In this document: positions 50,791 through 62,700 of the stretch, one piece after another
How positions within the stretch are numbered: position 1 is the stretch's first letter
Layout of the letters: every line of letters begins with the position of its first letter
Assembly (NCBI GenBank): GCA_907165135.1
Contig: OU015567.1
Span: 7,998,001 to 8,062,000, forward strand
Source of the DNA: Oikopleura dioica
Taxonomy: Eukaryota > Animalia > Chordata
Length of the DNA: 64,000 nucleotides
Direction of reading: 5' to 3'
Made by a program: the position numbers and the translations under genes
The notes under the pieces: generated by a model
What the model saw: only the letters and a program-made list of their open reading frames with translations
What the model was told of the DNA's origin: nothing
The model's database searches: none

Positions 50791-51680
50791 TTAGCGACCG
50801 TCGTAGTCGCTTCCGATGTAGACTGCTTCGGCAAATTCGGAGAATTCATCCATCAAGTTGATTGACAGCTTTGTGATGCCTCTGGAGGTAGGTTCAACTT
50901 CCTGGAAAAGATTGGTCAGCCGTTCTTGATTGAAGTGTTGCTGGAACTTTTGGTAGAGTCGCTGATGTTCTTGAAAGTAAACCCTGGCTTCATCAGTGTT
51001 CATTGCTTCCGGAATAACCTGAATAGACAGTTAAAGTAGTTGATTAATATTGAGATTTACCGTTGAAAGAGTAGAAAGCTGAGCAATGGCGTCTGCGGGA
51101 ATCCCGTACATTCCGATGATCTTGGACCAAATGATTCGCATGTAGCAGTAGAGTACGTTCTTTGATTCTTGGCGAGAGAATTTTCCATCTTTGTCGACAT
51201 CAAAAAGCTTGTAGAGCATCGTTCGCAATTCTTTTAAAATATAGTTACACAAGTCCTGGAAGTTGTGGTAGTTTTACCTTCATCTTCTGGTTGATTTGCA
51301 AACGTCTCGGTCGGGATCATATCTGGAACTTCGTTCTTAATCATTGCCACGATCCTTTGAGAGCATTCCTTATCTTCATCGAAGGAGATGTCCTTTCTGT
51401 CCTCTCCAACGCAAAAATCGAAGGCCCGGTCAACGAATCGCATGTCAAGGTTGTCTGCCTCCATTTCTCTGTGCATTTGCTCGTGGTCCAAACTAAAATG
51501 TAAGCCGTTTTTTTTCTGCATATACTCTCGAAAGTCTTACCTGTCGAACTCAGCCTTGGCCATTGGTATGACGATTGTTTTCATGAAGTTGATGGCAACA
51601 TCGGGATTGTTTGGGAAATCAGCCATTCCTTCGGGAAGGAAAGCATTGGCGAAAGTGAGACAGAAAGCAAAAACTCTCAT
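50791..51680 (-). CDS. Predicted secreted EF-hand protein, paralogue 2
   Basis: MRVFAFCLTFANA signal-like start, LDHEQMHR...MRFVDRAFDFCVGED and LFDVDKDGKFSRQE. Aligns along its length with 19732-20572. Confidence 0.6.
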
Positions 51681-52204
51681 GGTTTGATGAATTCATCCTT
51701 CTGCACAACGCTTTATACTAAGAAATCGCCTGACCGCCATCTGCCGGAGAATTACGAAGTGGTTTATTTTGAAAATAAAGCATATTTGCGATGAACTTTG
51801 AGGAGTTCTCAGCGGGATGTCGTCAGCTGGTTCGATCTATTCAAGTAAATATGAACAGTGCTTTTGAAATGGAATGACCCCTTTTTTCCCAATGAAAATT
51901 TCGGCGGGAGATCCAAAACTCTTTGTCTTGGAAGAACTTTATCCTTTTCAGCAGAATCGAACCGTAACGACGAATCGAAGAAACGATCTCTGACGGTTAG
52001 CTCGACAATTTTTCTTTGAAACATCTTCGTTGGCTCTGAAGTCGTGAAAATAACTGCGAAATAAACATGTATCTTGTCATTTATATCGTCAGTTATTCTA
52101 AACATTTACCATATTGAGCATTATTTATGATCAATATCTAAATTTAACGACTCATTTTACGATATTCCTCTAGTCTGAAGATTCCCAAAAGGTCATTGTG
52201 AAAA

Positions 52205-52620
52205 ATGACATCGCAAGAATACTACAACGCGAAAAGCATCAACATAAAATCTTTGGTGATCGAGATTCCAAAGAGCAGAGATAAATCGGTGATCAATAAG
52301 AAGCTAATTTGGACTCCAATCGACGAGTTTTTCGGAAAACTGACAACAGAAAATGGCGAAGTCGTCCATAACGATATCGGAAAAATAACAACTAACCCGA
52401 AATTCGAAAACCGAGATGTATTTGCTATCACAAAGGTACACCAATTAGCATTCAAGTAATTTATAGAGAAATCCAGAGAGGAGATTCCTTCGGGATCATA
52501 AGCGTCGGCGACAACGAGGAAGACCTTCGATTCATGACCAACCATTGCGGGCTAGTGCATTTCCAATCATTCGAAGACGCTAATCCCCAGAAGCAAGACT
52601 TCAAGTTGAAATTTCAATAA
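52205..52620 (+). CDS. Small hypothetical protein (two exons)
   Basis: ATG ORF joined in frame by a GT-AG intron to a second exon ending in TAA at 52618-52620; no family recognised. Confidence 0.45.
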
Positions 52621-52728
52621 AGATTTTGATAGAGGATATTTGTTTTATTAGCCTTTTATACAAATAAATTAGACTGGAACTGTTTGTCTGGGCATTGTCA
52701 GTAGTAAAAGAAGCAAATGTGAATGATA

Positions 52729-55356
52729 TTAAGGTTGAGGCAGCGGGTAAGCAGCATTGATGTATTTCGCGGGATTGTTGCCTTGTTGGACGTTGATGTT
52801 TAGATTGAGGAATGGGTTCGGCGAGTTTGCGACCCGTCGGAGAGTGAAAACCACGGGCCTAGCGTATCGCCTCCAAAGCTGAGATTCGGGCACTTCTTGG
52901 CATTGAGTCATCATTGTCAATTGCCAGTCGTGGGTTGCTGGCTCAAGTCGAACTTTAAGCCCTACAAATGCATAAAACAGAGAAAAATCATATTTCGGCT
53001 TACCTGCTGACATTTTCGCCACGCAAAAGACTTCAGCCGGGCAAAGCGGCTTCGATCTGTTATCACGCTCATCCCTGTCGATCATGTCATACGTTGCTGG
53101 CAGCTGATCACTTACACGAATGCGAATTTGCACTTCGTTTCCAGACAGATCAACTTCTCTCCCGTAGACCAAAACGTAGACAGCTTTATGAGATGCGAAT
53201 CCGCGGCTGTTTGGTGAGATCTTTGGGGTGCCAACAATCGACCAGCTTCCAGTCTCTTTAAGGAGCAAGGTTGCAACACTTTGGTATTGACTCTTGACTC
53301 GTTCGACCTAAAATTTGGAATTAGACCTGCTAAGTCTTCCTTGATTTCAATCTATAAAAAATTACCTTCAAAGCTGCACCGATCGGCTTAACTTCTAGAT
53401 CCCAGCCGTAGTAATCACCAGGAGAAATTCTTTCGTGATTGTTTCTCCTTGTCTCTTGTGAAGAATAAATTTCATTTCCTGGATGAACACAATGCGGAAT
53501 CATCAGCTTCAACGTCTTTCTTATTTTCAATCCTGGAGGCCCGACGATAACCACCGGAGAAAGAAGAACTTGATGCTGAGGAAGCAAGGGCCCATCAGAT
53601 CCACAAACTCGAAGTGAAATCATTTGATCTTTACTCAACGCATCCGGGGGAATACTCAGCGTAACTCCGGCAAAGTTCTAAATTGGCCGGGTTATTGAAA
53701 ACCAAGTGTGTATTGTCGTGGTCTGAGCGAAAGAAAGCGCCCCATACATTGTGACTTTTCGCATGTCAGAGCGTTATTTCACTAATGATGATCGATGGCT
53801 GGGTTGACTTACCATATCCCCACCGTGCGCGGCGGTGATGAATTTCTCGATTTGATTGTCGCCGACGTTGTTGCTCAGTTGTGTACTCATCATTTGCGGT
53901 TGGCGGTTGTCGCGCTGCTGTGCCGACTCGGAAGAGGATGAAGTGGACGGGGCCATGTAGCCAGGAATGTAACGGTCATAGAGATCGCTACAGCGAGATG
54001 TTTGGCAGCGTTCCATCCTCATTGAGCGCTAGAATGAATAATCAACTGACGAGTTCAAATTGAGATGTGTTGCTCAAAAATAACTTGATGTATTTGCACT
54101 AGATTACCTTTGTATTATTTGCACGCATGCGCTGGATAACACAAATGCCAATGCCGATGGCTGTCAAAAACATCACCGTCACGACGGCGAGTCCGACCGC
54201 CAAGGCTGGCTGATCCACCAAGCTTGAAAAGAGCGTTTCTTTACAAGCGCCTCCTTGACAAGGGATTTCTTCGAGACCGATTCCGGAACACTCGTCGCCG
54301 CCGTTTTTAGGAGCGGGGCGATTGCAACGCCTTTCATGAGTTTGAACACAACGCTGACTACACTCTGTCCATTGAGACCAGTTCGACCAGCCTCCGTCAA
54401 TCGGGCACTCGTTTTCGCAGTCACGCTCTTCACGTTCATTTCCAACGCATTCTTTTCCGTCATTATGCGGGGCCGGAGCATTACATGCGCGAGTTCGAAA
54501 GGCTCGAATCTTTGCGCAAGAATTTAGAGGGCAATGCGACCATTCCGACCAGTGCGACCACATCCCATCAGTCACAACTTTTATCGTAGCTGCTGGAGAT
54601 TCACGACTCCCGACAATGTTTTCGGCACGGCAGACGTAATCGCCAGAGTCGCTGTATCTACAAAAGCGCTAGTATTCCGAGATTTCTAAGCGAAGTTTAC
54701 CTTGCAGCTTTGACAATTAAATCGTTGTCGTAGTTGATGATTAGATTTTTGTCACGATTTGGGTCAAGAGGCTCTCCATTCTTGATCCAAGTGATTGTCG
54801 GCGCAGGAAGACCTTTAGGAGGCACACAGTGTAGTTGAATGTTCTCGCCAACAGAAAAGTCTGGTTTTGTCGGAAACGGTTTCGCCTGAAACTCTTTGTG
54901 GAGAAAAGCGAGCTCGACATTCGCAGAAGCGGATTGCGCGATGATCTCCTCGCCATTTTCGTTATTCCAGGCGACGCAGTGGCAATTAAACTTTTCCTCT
55001 CCAAAAACACTGACCACATCCGACTTCTTGACGTCAATAGAAGCAGCTAAAAACGGAACGCCATTCGAGTCCTTCCAACTTGCATAATGAGGTTTGTAGC
55101 TGTCGAACCACTTCTCATTGCACTGGAATTCGAGGTTTTTGGCGTTTTTGGCTTGACATTTTAGCGTGGCGACTTGATTCTTGACGATGTACTCGGTTTT
55201 CGGGTGGAGAGTGAACTCGGGCTTGATGGCTTTTTCGAGGATCAGAAAGAAAGTCTCACTTCTGCAAGATTTTGTGTATGAAAATTGATGATCCTTTCCT
55301 TGAGAAACATAAAGAAGGTTCCAAAATACCAAAAGTGCCATAAAGTTCGTTAGCAT
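52729..55356 (-). CDS. UNC5: UNC5-type netrin receptor (Ig-Ig-TSP1-TSP1-TM-ZU5-UPA) with no death domain
   Basis: Signal peptide, two Ig domains (LHCVPPKGLPAPTITWIKNG), two WSxWS TSP1 repeats, TM AVGLAVVTVMFLTAIGIGICVI, ZU5 GVTLSIPPDAL...LLSPVVIVGPPGL, a UPA-like region, then the stop at 52729. Confidence 0.88.
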
Positions 55357-58300
55357 TGGCTGCTATTCACCACCGTTGAAGCCTCGTTAATGACATATCT
55401 GACATTTTTTCTTCGTATCTGAAATAGTTTTTAGTCGGTAAGTATCGCCACCTCAAAATTTACGCTGCGCAAAGTTTGGGAGGAAACTTTGCGGAGTGAT
55501 AAGAAAAAATTCTCGATTCGGAACAATTCGTAAAGCATTTTAATTTCTGAAAAAGTAAGTTTTGTGATAAGAGTGTCTCGTATCGCTGATAGGTTAAGCT
55601 AGATAGTGTCGGCCGGATCAGACTGACGATAAGCTCTGATAATATTTGATTTGATTAAATGAAATCCACGACATGAGTTTGCTCAAGAATTAGGAAGGAA
55701 AATACTGCGGGGATCCGGCGCGATTTGACGTTCCTCAAATTAACCACTAATTAATCCGCCCTTGTTTAGGTTAATTTATGAGCTCATAAATTATTCCTTC
55801 TTTGAACTTCGTCATAACTGTTTCTATTATCACACAAAAGGCACTCGTAATAATGGTAAAGGCGTCACTCGAAATTCAAGAGTTGGATTCGCCTAATTGG
55901 ACGCAAATTGTTTGACAAATTTGAGTGGTGATGAATTAGGCGATGCACAGGCGGGCTCATTCCAAAATATCAAACGGCGCCGCCATAATCCCGCTTTAAA
56001 AAATTACGCTTCGCTGTTGAAATTTTGGCTGGGTCGGTCACGGGGTGGCCCGCCATTCTGTCGGCGCCAGTCCGTCGCCGCGGCGGGGCAGAAAAACGCG
56101 CAGCGCGCTCCACCTCCACCAGAAAGAGCAGTCAAGCGTGCACGCAAGCGAGCGGATCAATTCGAAAGCTCAACCCTTAAGTGAGATTTATACACAAGCG
56201 GATTACTGCGCGGCTTAGTACGCCGACAACATGTCGGTTTCCCGGATTGCCTTGTGTGTGCGGAAGGATTACAAAATGCACAGAGCCTTCTGGGAGATTC
56301 AATTTCACTTCCGCGATTTTCTCAATTAGAAAATGGTAGATTTGAGACGGAAATCAAATCCTAGCGCTGGTCAAGCTGCTTGACTCGAGCCTAAAGCAAA
56401 ATTGATTGCTCAAAATTGAATGGGATAAAAAGGAAGAATCAAATAATCATAGACCGCAAATAAAGCCAAATCAGAACTTTATAACCATCAAGGGGCCACA
56501 ACTCAAAATGAGCTGGCTCAAGGCCGCTCAAAGTCGAACGGAAGCAGTTTTGACGAAGAGGCGCCGTCAGGACGGCGAGGGATCTTCAAGAAACCAACAA
56601 AATTCATCAGCTCTTTCCAAATGAGCGCTAACCCCAACACGGCATTTACGATGGGAGAGCTTTCATCTCAATTATAGCTTGGTCTCCTATCGTCGTATTC
56701 CGTTGCCGGCCTATTCTTTTGACTATCAGAGTCTTCTGACCGTTAAAAATCGGCATGAGAAAGTTCTTTTGCATAACCCCACGAAAGATAAAGTAATTGA
56801 CCTGTAGAATCTGATGATCGATAAGAAAAAACGGGAATCTCAAGTCCCCAATTTTTATGGGTCAAGAGATTTGAATCCTCCCGTCACGGGCCATTGAAAA
56901 TTTTCTCTTCGACGTTCATCTTTTGAAAATAAATAGGCTAATTTGAAACACAATTATTATTTCAAAAATACCTTTCTCTCAAATCCGGTTACTACGAAAT
57001 GCTGTTTACCAAGTGCTTTCTGTAAAGCCATTGTAGGGGGTCGATTTGGATTTCGATAGGAAGATCCTCGGAAAATGTACCGATAGGAACTCGACAAAAT
57101 TGTTGTATGTGATGGTAAGATTATTTTGTATGACGAAAAAATGAACAACTCAAGAATATAAAATGTTCTCATGAAAATTACCTGAGGAGAGTCTTCCTTA
57201 TTCTTATCTTCGTTCGGCTAAAATCTCTCAATTCAAGAACGCCTTCATCTCGGCGAATATCTCTATCTCCGTCGTAAAGGTATATTTTTTATCTTTCGTT
57301 TGGCGAAATAATGGTGCAACAGGTGCGCGCCCAGCTCAGTTCAAATAGAAAAGCGAAAAATACGAAAAAGCGAGTTAGTTGCTTCAGCACGGCGGCCGAG
57401 GCGCCCCCGCTAAGGCGCTAGTTTTACTACACCACCGAGAGCGCGCGCTTTCTTGGCGGCGCGGTGTAGTAACGTTGGTGCAGCAGGGCATGCACCAAGA
57501 CAGCCGGAAGCTCCAGGACTGGCCTCACGAACGGTACAAAAGACAGAAACTTCAAAGGGTATCGAAGCCTTTGTTGAAACTGAAATCAACAAGGACATCT
57601 CGTTTTTGTTGACTTAGCAGTGTTGATAATTGACAAAGCGTAATCAAATAATGATCACATTATGTAACAACAATTCAGACGCAAGATAAAATCATAACCA
57701 ACTGATAAGTCTCATACTAAATTAGCCCTGCATCTTTCCTTCCCGGAACCCGTATTACTGTTACCACACCGTGACTGAATGGAGCCATTGGACACACAGA
57801 GGACGCGCTCAACCGGACGACAAATGGTCACTCGACAGCCATTGTCCACCAAACACCAAAACACTAAATCAACTCAAGGAGATTCCGGCGTGACCCTCCG
57901 ATTTTACTTTTTCGATACTTTGCCCTGCTAAAGTTTGTTGTAAATCTAATTGCCAACAAATTATGGCTAAGCGTCCAGTTATTTTATAAAAGATTATTTC
58001 TCGAAGGGCTTTTCAATAAGGTCTAACAAAAGATCTAAAAGAACATGAAACCCTAAGGCAGCTGCGTTTTCCTAACCTGCCCTTTTGTCCAGAAATAATG
58101 AGCAAATAGGACATTATATGACATCAAATAAATGCCACATTAGACAGGTCTTTAATTATCATTTATTAAGAATAAGAACAAAAAGCTTGGTCTGAAGTGA
58201 GAAGTAACAAACGAAAAACATGTATTTTAGAAGGAGATAAGGGAACAGAAAAACAGAAGCTAAGAAAACATGCGGAAGGGCCTTCCGTCAAACAGAAATA

Positions 58301-58935
58301 TTATTATTTGTCGGAGATACACCAACTAAAATTATTGGCCGGAAAGGGCGATAAACAAATAGTAGACGTCGAAAATAGAAGGGATTGATGCTGAGTAAGT
58401 TGGACTACTTTGAATACTTTTTGATGGAGGTAGGTCAGCCAGATTTTTAATTTGAATAAATATAAATAAAGTTAAACAGTTTTCGATAAATTACTCTTTT
58501 TTGGGATGGGTTAATGAGCTAAAGAAGATCACGAGCTTTTGATGAGCAAAAAGCGCGTGAAAATCTTTTTAAATTTTTAATATAAACAGCTTTGACAAGT
58601 TTTAAATAGAAGTAGAAACCCACAACCGGCAGTTTTCTTTCCAAGTAATACTGGGAGGTAAGTAAGGAACAGTAGTAACGATTTCGATGAAGTATTTTTC
58701 CTTTATTGATTCCATGAAGTTGGCGGGATGACGGTTGATTTTTGATTTTTTTAAATATTGATAGTATTGCACCTTCGTTAATTAAAGTTCATCTTGGCGG
58801 GGTGTCCTAAAATAAAATTATCTTTTCCGATTCTTTATTGTCGGATACAGTGTACGATACACTGTGTATCTTCGCACGAAAATTTATTGTTTCATAACCA
58901 TTCAACGCGCATAAAGTACAAATGTTATTAAGGAA

Positions 58936-59182
58936 CTGTGCCATCCGCTACTAGTTGCCGGTCCGTTTCACTGCTACTAGTTGTCGCGTGGGTCGCATTT
59001 TCATCCTTCGCGCTCACCGCTAATAGTTGCCGCTTAGGCCCCCGCCAAGGGGAATCTAGGGCGCATACCCCGCCGAGAAAGGGCAACCTTCGCTTGAGCG
59101 CCGAAGAGAAAGCGCCCGTTTTCACTGCTACTAGTTGTCGCGAGGTTCGCATTTAGGCGGCAACTAGTAGCGGATGGCACAG
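58936..59182. mobile_element. Short MITE-like element with perfect 25-bp TIRs
   Basis: ctgtgccatccgctactagttgccg (58936-58960) / cggcaactagtagcggatggcacag (59158-59182), repeated internal gctactagttg motifs, and aa on both flanks. Confidence 0.75.
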
Positions 59183-59786
59183 AATTTGAAATAAACGAAA
59201 TAAGATAAACGGAATGTACAATTATATTGACGATATGGGCAGACGTCTTCACTCCAAAATAATCTCATATTGACGCACTCATGTTTTATTAATTTAAATT
59301 TACAGTATTTCTCAGCTGTTGTCATTTGCCACGCAAATTGATGAAAATATCGATATTGAAATTTGCTTGGCAAACAAAGACAATTCCCAACGTTCATTTT
59401 ACTGCCAAAATTTAAACGAAATGTTCTTCGACATTTTGACGTTTCCGACAGCTTCAAAATTGCCTCGTACGACAAGTTCAAATTTGCGAAGAACTTATGA
59501 AAAGGCAATCGTTTGTGCACTAATCTTGGCGGTCAGAAACATTCAATAGAGCGCTAATGTTGTGGCCAGGGGAAAACAGCCGACGTAAAAAGTTCAATTT
59601 GGATCTTCTTGAGAAATAAGATAAAAATATCTGAAATTATTTTGGAATAGATACGTTTTCAAAAGATGTGACAAGTTTTTTGAGCGAGATAAATAAGAAC
59701 ATAGGCAGAAGGTTTTTTATTGTATAAAAAGTAAGGATGAAGAAATATTGCGTGAGCCGGAGAAGAAAAAGCCATTGAAGGGATAT

Positions 59787-62700
59787 TCAGCTCCTCAGAT
59801 ATCCGGACATGATGTCTTTCACTTTTTCAGATTTGCGATTTGAGCTCGTCGAAATCGTCGAGTCTCCACTTCGTTGTCGAGTCTTACGAGAGCCTAAAAT
59901 CAAGATGGTTAATACTTGACCTTCGCAGAAGCAATCATGGGGTACGCGCTAATAATTACGTCGATTCACAAAGTGGCAATCACGTTTTTACGAGTGTCTA
60001 ACCGATGATTACAATAAACGATGGCAGATAACCTTATAAAAACTAGCACTTTCCCAAGGCCAACTCTGACAAAGAAATCCTCCTTTGGAAAGTTCAACCG
60101 AATGATTAGAAGACAAAATTTGAATTCTTGAAATACCTGAAATCGGCGTAGCAGTTTCACATCGAACTCCGAATCTTGCCAGCGATACATCATCTCCATC
60201 GGGATCCAGGGTGAAGTTAGATTGACCAGAAGGAGCTCGGTTTCGTTCTTTGCGGCTTTTCGAACTTATCGGCTCAGTGAAAGAAACGCGACTGCTTGCT
60301 CGATTCGAGGAACCTTCAGAGCTTTGTCGACTTGTTCTTCCCTTTATGTAGTCCTCAGCTATTTTCCTAGAAGTCGATTTTATTTCTGAAGTGCGTAATC
60401 TGTTTACCTTTGATCAGGTTTTTCGGTGATGCTTCCACGGACTTTGTCGAGAAAACGCGAGCGGAACTTTGGAGTACTGTCGTTGCTATCTTTTGATTGT
60501 CTTTTTGGAGGAACATCGAATTCATCGTCGCCTTCTGATAGATCTTCGTCATCAGATTCAGGAGTAGTGGACTTTTTCTTTTCCAGGACGTCATTGTAAA
60601 CTCGGTCAAACTAGAAGAGAAAGATTCTTATAGAATCATCGACTAGAGATACTTACCTTGGCGTTATCTATGGGCTCCGCATCTAGAGCACTAAGTTCAG
60701 CGCTCATTTTTGCCGCTCTGGCTGCCATCTCCAACCAGTCCTCTCCTGTTCTCGATGCTTTGGATGAAGTGGAAACTGTGGACTCTCTATCATCGTCTGA
60801 TTCACCTGCTTCCGATGCTCGTCTTGCTTTCATCCTTGCTTCAAGCATTTTTTCGATATTTGCAGGATCAAGGGGATCATTCGGATCGGGCATCAACAGC
60901 CGATGTCGAGTTTTAGTGAGATCTAATGGGTCTTCTTTCTGACGCTCCTCGAGTGTCTTCCCGCCAAGCTTTCGCGGAGCTCGCTTCGGTTTAAATTCAT
61001 CGTCATCATTTTCGTCGGAAAGTACAATTTTATTTGTTTTTTTCTTTCCACGCGCAGCTTGAAGCTTTTCTTCTTCGTCCGAGATGTCATTGTCGTCATA
61101 GCCGACGGATTTATTGAACTTTTTAGAGTTGGTCGAGTATTGAGCCATCGTCTGTCTGACAATATCATCAGCGATATCGTTTGCATCATCCTCGTCATCA
61201 TCGTCATCCTCGAAGTCATATTTTCTATCTTTCAATCGGCCAGCGTTAGAGATAGAATCATATGGCGAAATTTCGTCATCAAGGTCAACAGAAGTTCGTC
61301 CCTTCGGTTTGCGCAGGATTGATTTCCTCCTTGCCTCCTGTGGCGACTTCTTGATCGAATCATTCGAGCATGAATCACTCAGCGATTCGGCTTCATGTCT
61401 CGCAAATATTTTGCTCCTGATGTGATCAGTTTTCATGTTGTCAATTTGCCTAGTGACATCTGCGAACGCTCCAACCTTAGCTCTGCGTGATTCTTTTTCC
61501 TCCATGTCGGACGCTCGCGAGCGAGATCCGTTTCTTGATCCCATTCGCGATTCCGTTCGGATGATTTCGATCTCTTCGTTGATATCACCGACGTCTTTAG
61601 TTCGCCGCATGCCAAGTTCTTTGGCCAGTTGTTCGGGCGTTGAGTGAAGAAGCAAATATGGATCAATATCTTCTAGTTTTCTCAAGATAGGGTCATTTTC
61701 TTTTCTTGCTGGCGGAAGAGTCATCGGTCGTTCAGGAGAACCAGCTCTGGAACCTGCTCGAGAACCGACACGTGAACCTGGTCGGAGAGTCGACGCCCGA
61801 GACATTCGAGACTGAGCTCGGTTAGCGCCGAAATCATCGACAAGATTTACAAGCTCCTGTCGGCTTTCGGAAATCATAGATCCAGTTGGAGATCCAGCAC
61901 GGCTCAGGCTATCATCAATCTGCGAGACGGCCCCTGAAAAGAAAGATTAATTGATTAACAGCGATGATTATTCTACCGGAAAGCTTTTTGGTAAGCTCAT
62001 CCATCGTAAAATCAGCACCGGCTTGTTTGGAATTATACTCCGTATCAGCAAGAATATTTCTGTTCGCTCTGGAAACTGAGCCGCTTCGTGAACCAGGTCT
62101 AGAGCCAGCCCTTGACGCACAGCGTGATTCAGATCGCTCCTGATATGCATCCATTTCCTTCACAAGCTTCTTTCGGGCCTTTTGGGCGGCTTTCTTGCGC
62201 TCAGCACCTGTCATTCGCTTCTTTGCTCTGCCAACAGTAGATAGACCAGTGATCGCGGAATGAAGAGTTCCAATAGTTAGAGAAGATTCTGGCCTTTCTG
62301 AGGCACCACAAGAGATGCAGCTATAGCAATACAAATAGAGCAAGGGCAATAAGAAAATGGCTCACACGATGTTTCTGTTTTGTTGCTGTTTTTAGTACAC
62401 ACACAGTTTTTTTTTGTATTAGACAGGTTTAGCTTAAACACTCGGATGGAAGGATGGCAGTGAGATTGTTTGAAGAAGTTGAATGGTTATGAATTAAAAA
62501 ACGCTTTTTTTGGTATATAATCTTTTATAAATGAAAACTGTTCTGCAAACTTCGATATCTCGGGCGACTGTTACGATACCTTTGATCGTCGCGATCAAGT
62601 CTGGAAATTGAACCACCGAGGCGGGATACAGGAGGTAAAGCGGAAGAATAAAGCCTGAAAAGTCATCAGTACTGGAAAGTTTTCATTTTAATTTACGTCA

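Noticed and set aside
51809-52105. 98-aa minus-strand ORF next to EF-hand paralogue 2
   Set aside because: No homology recognised and no supporting splice or poly(A) pattern established.
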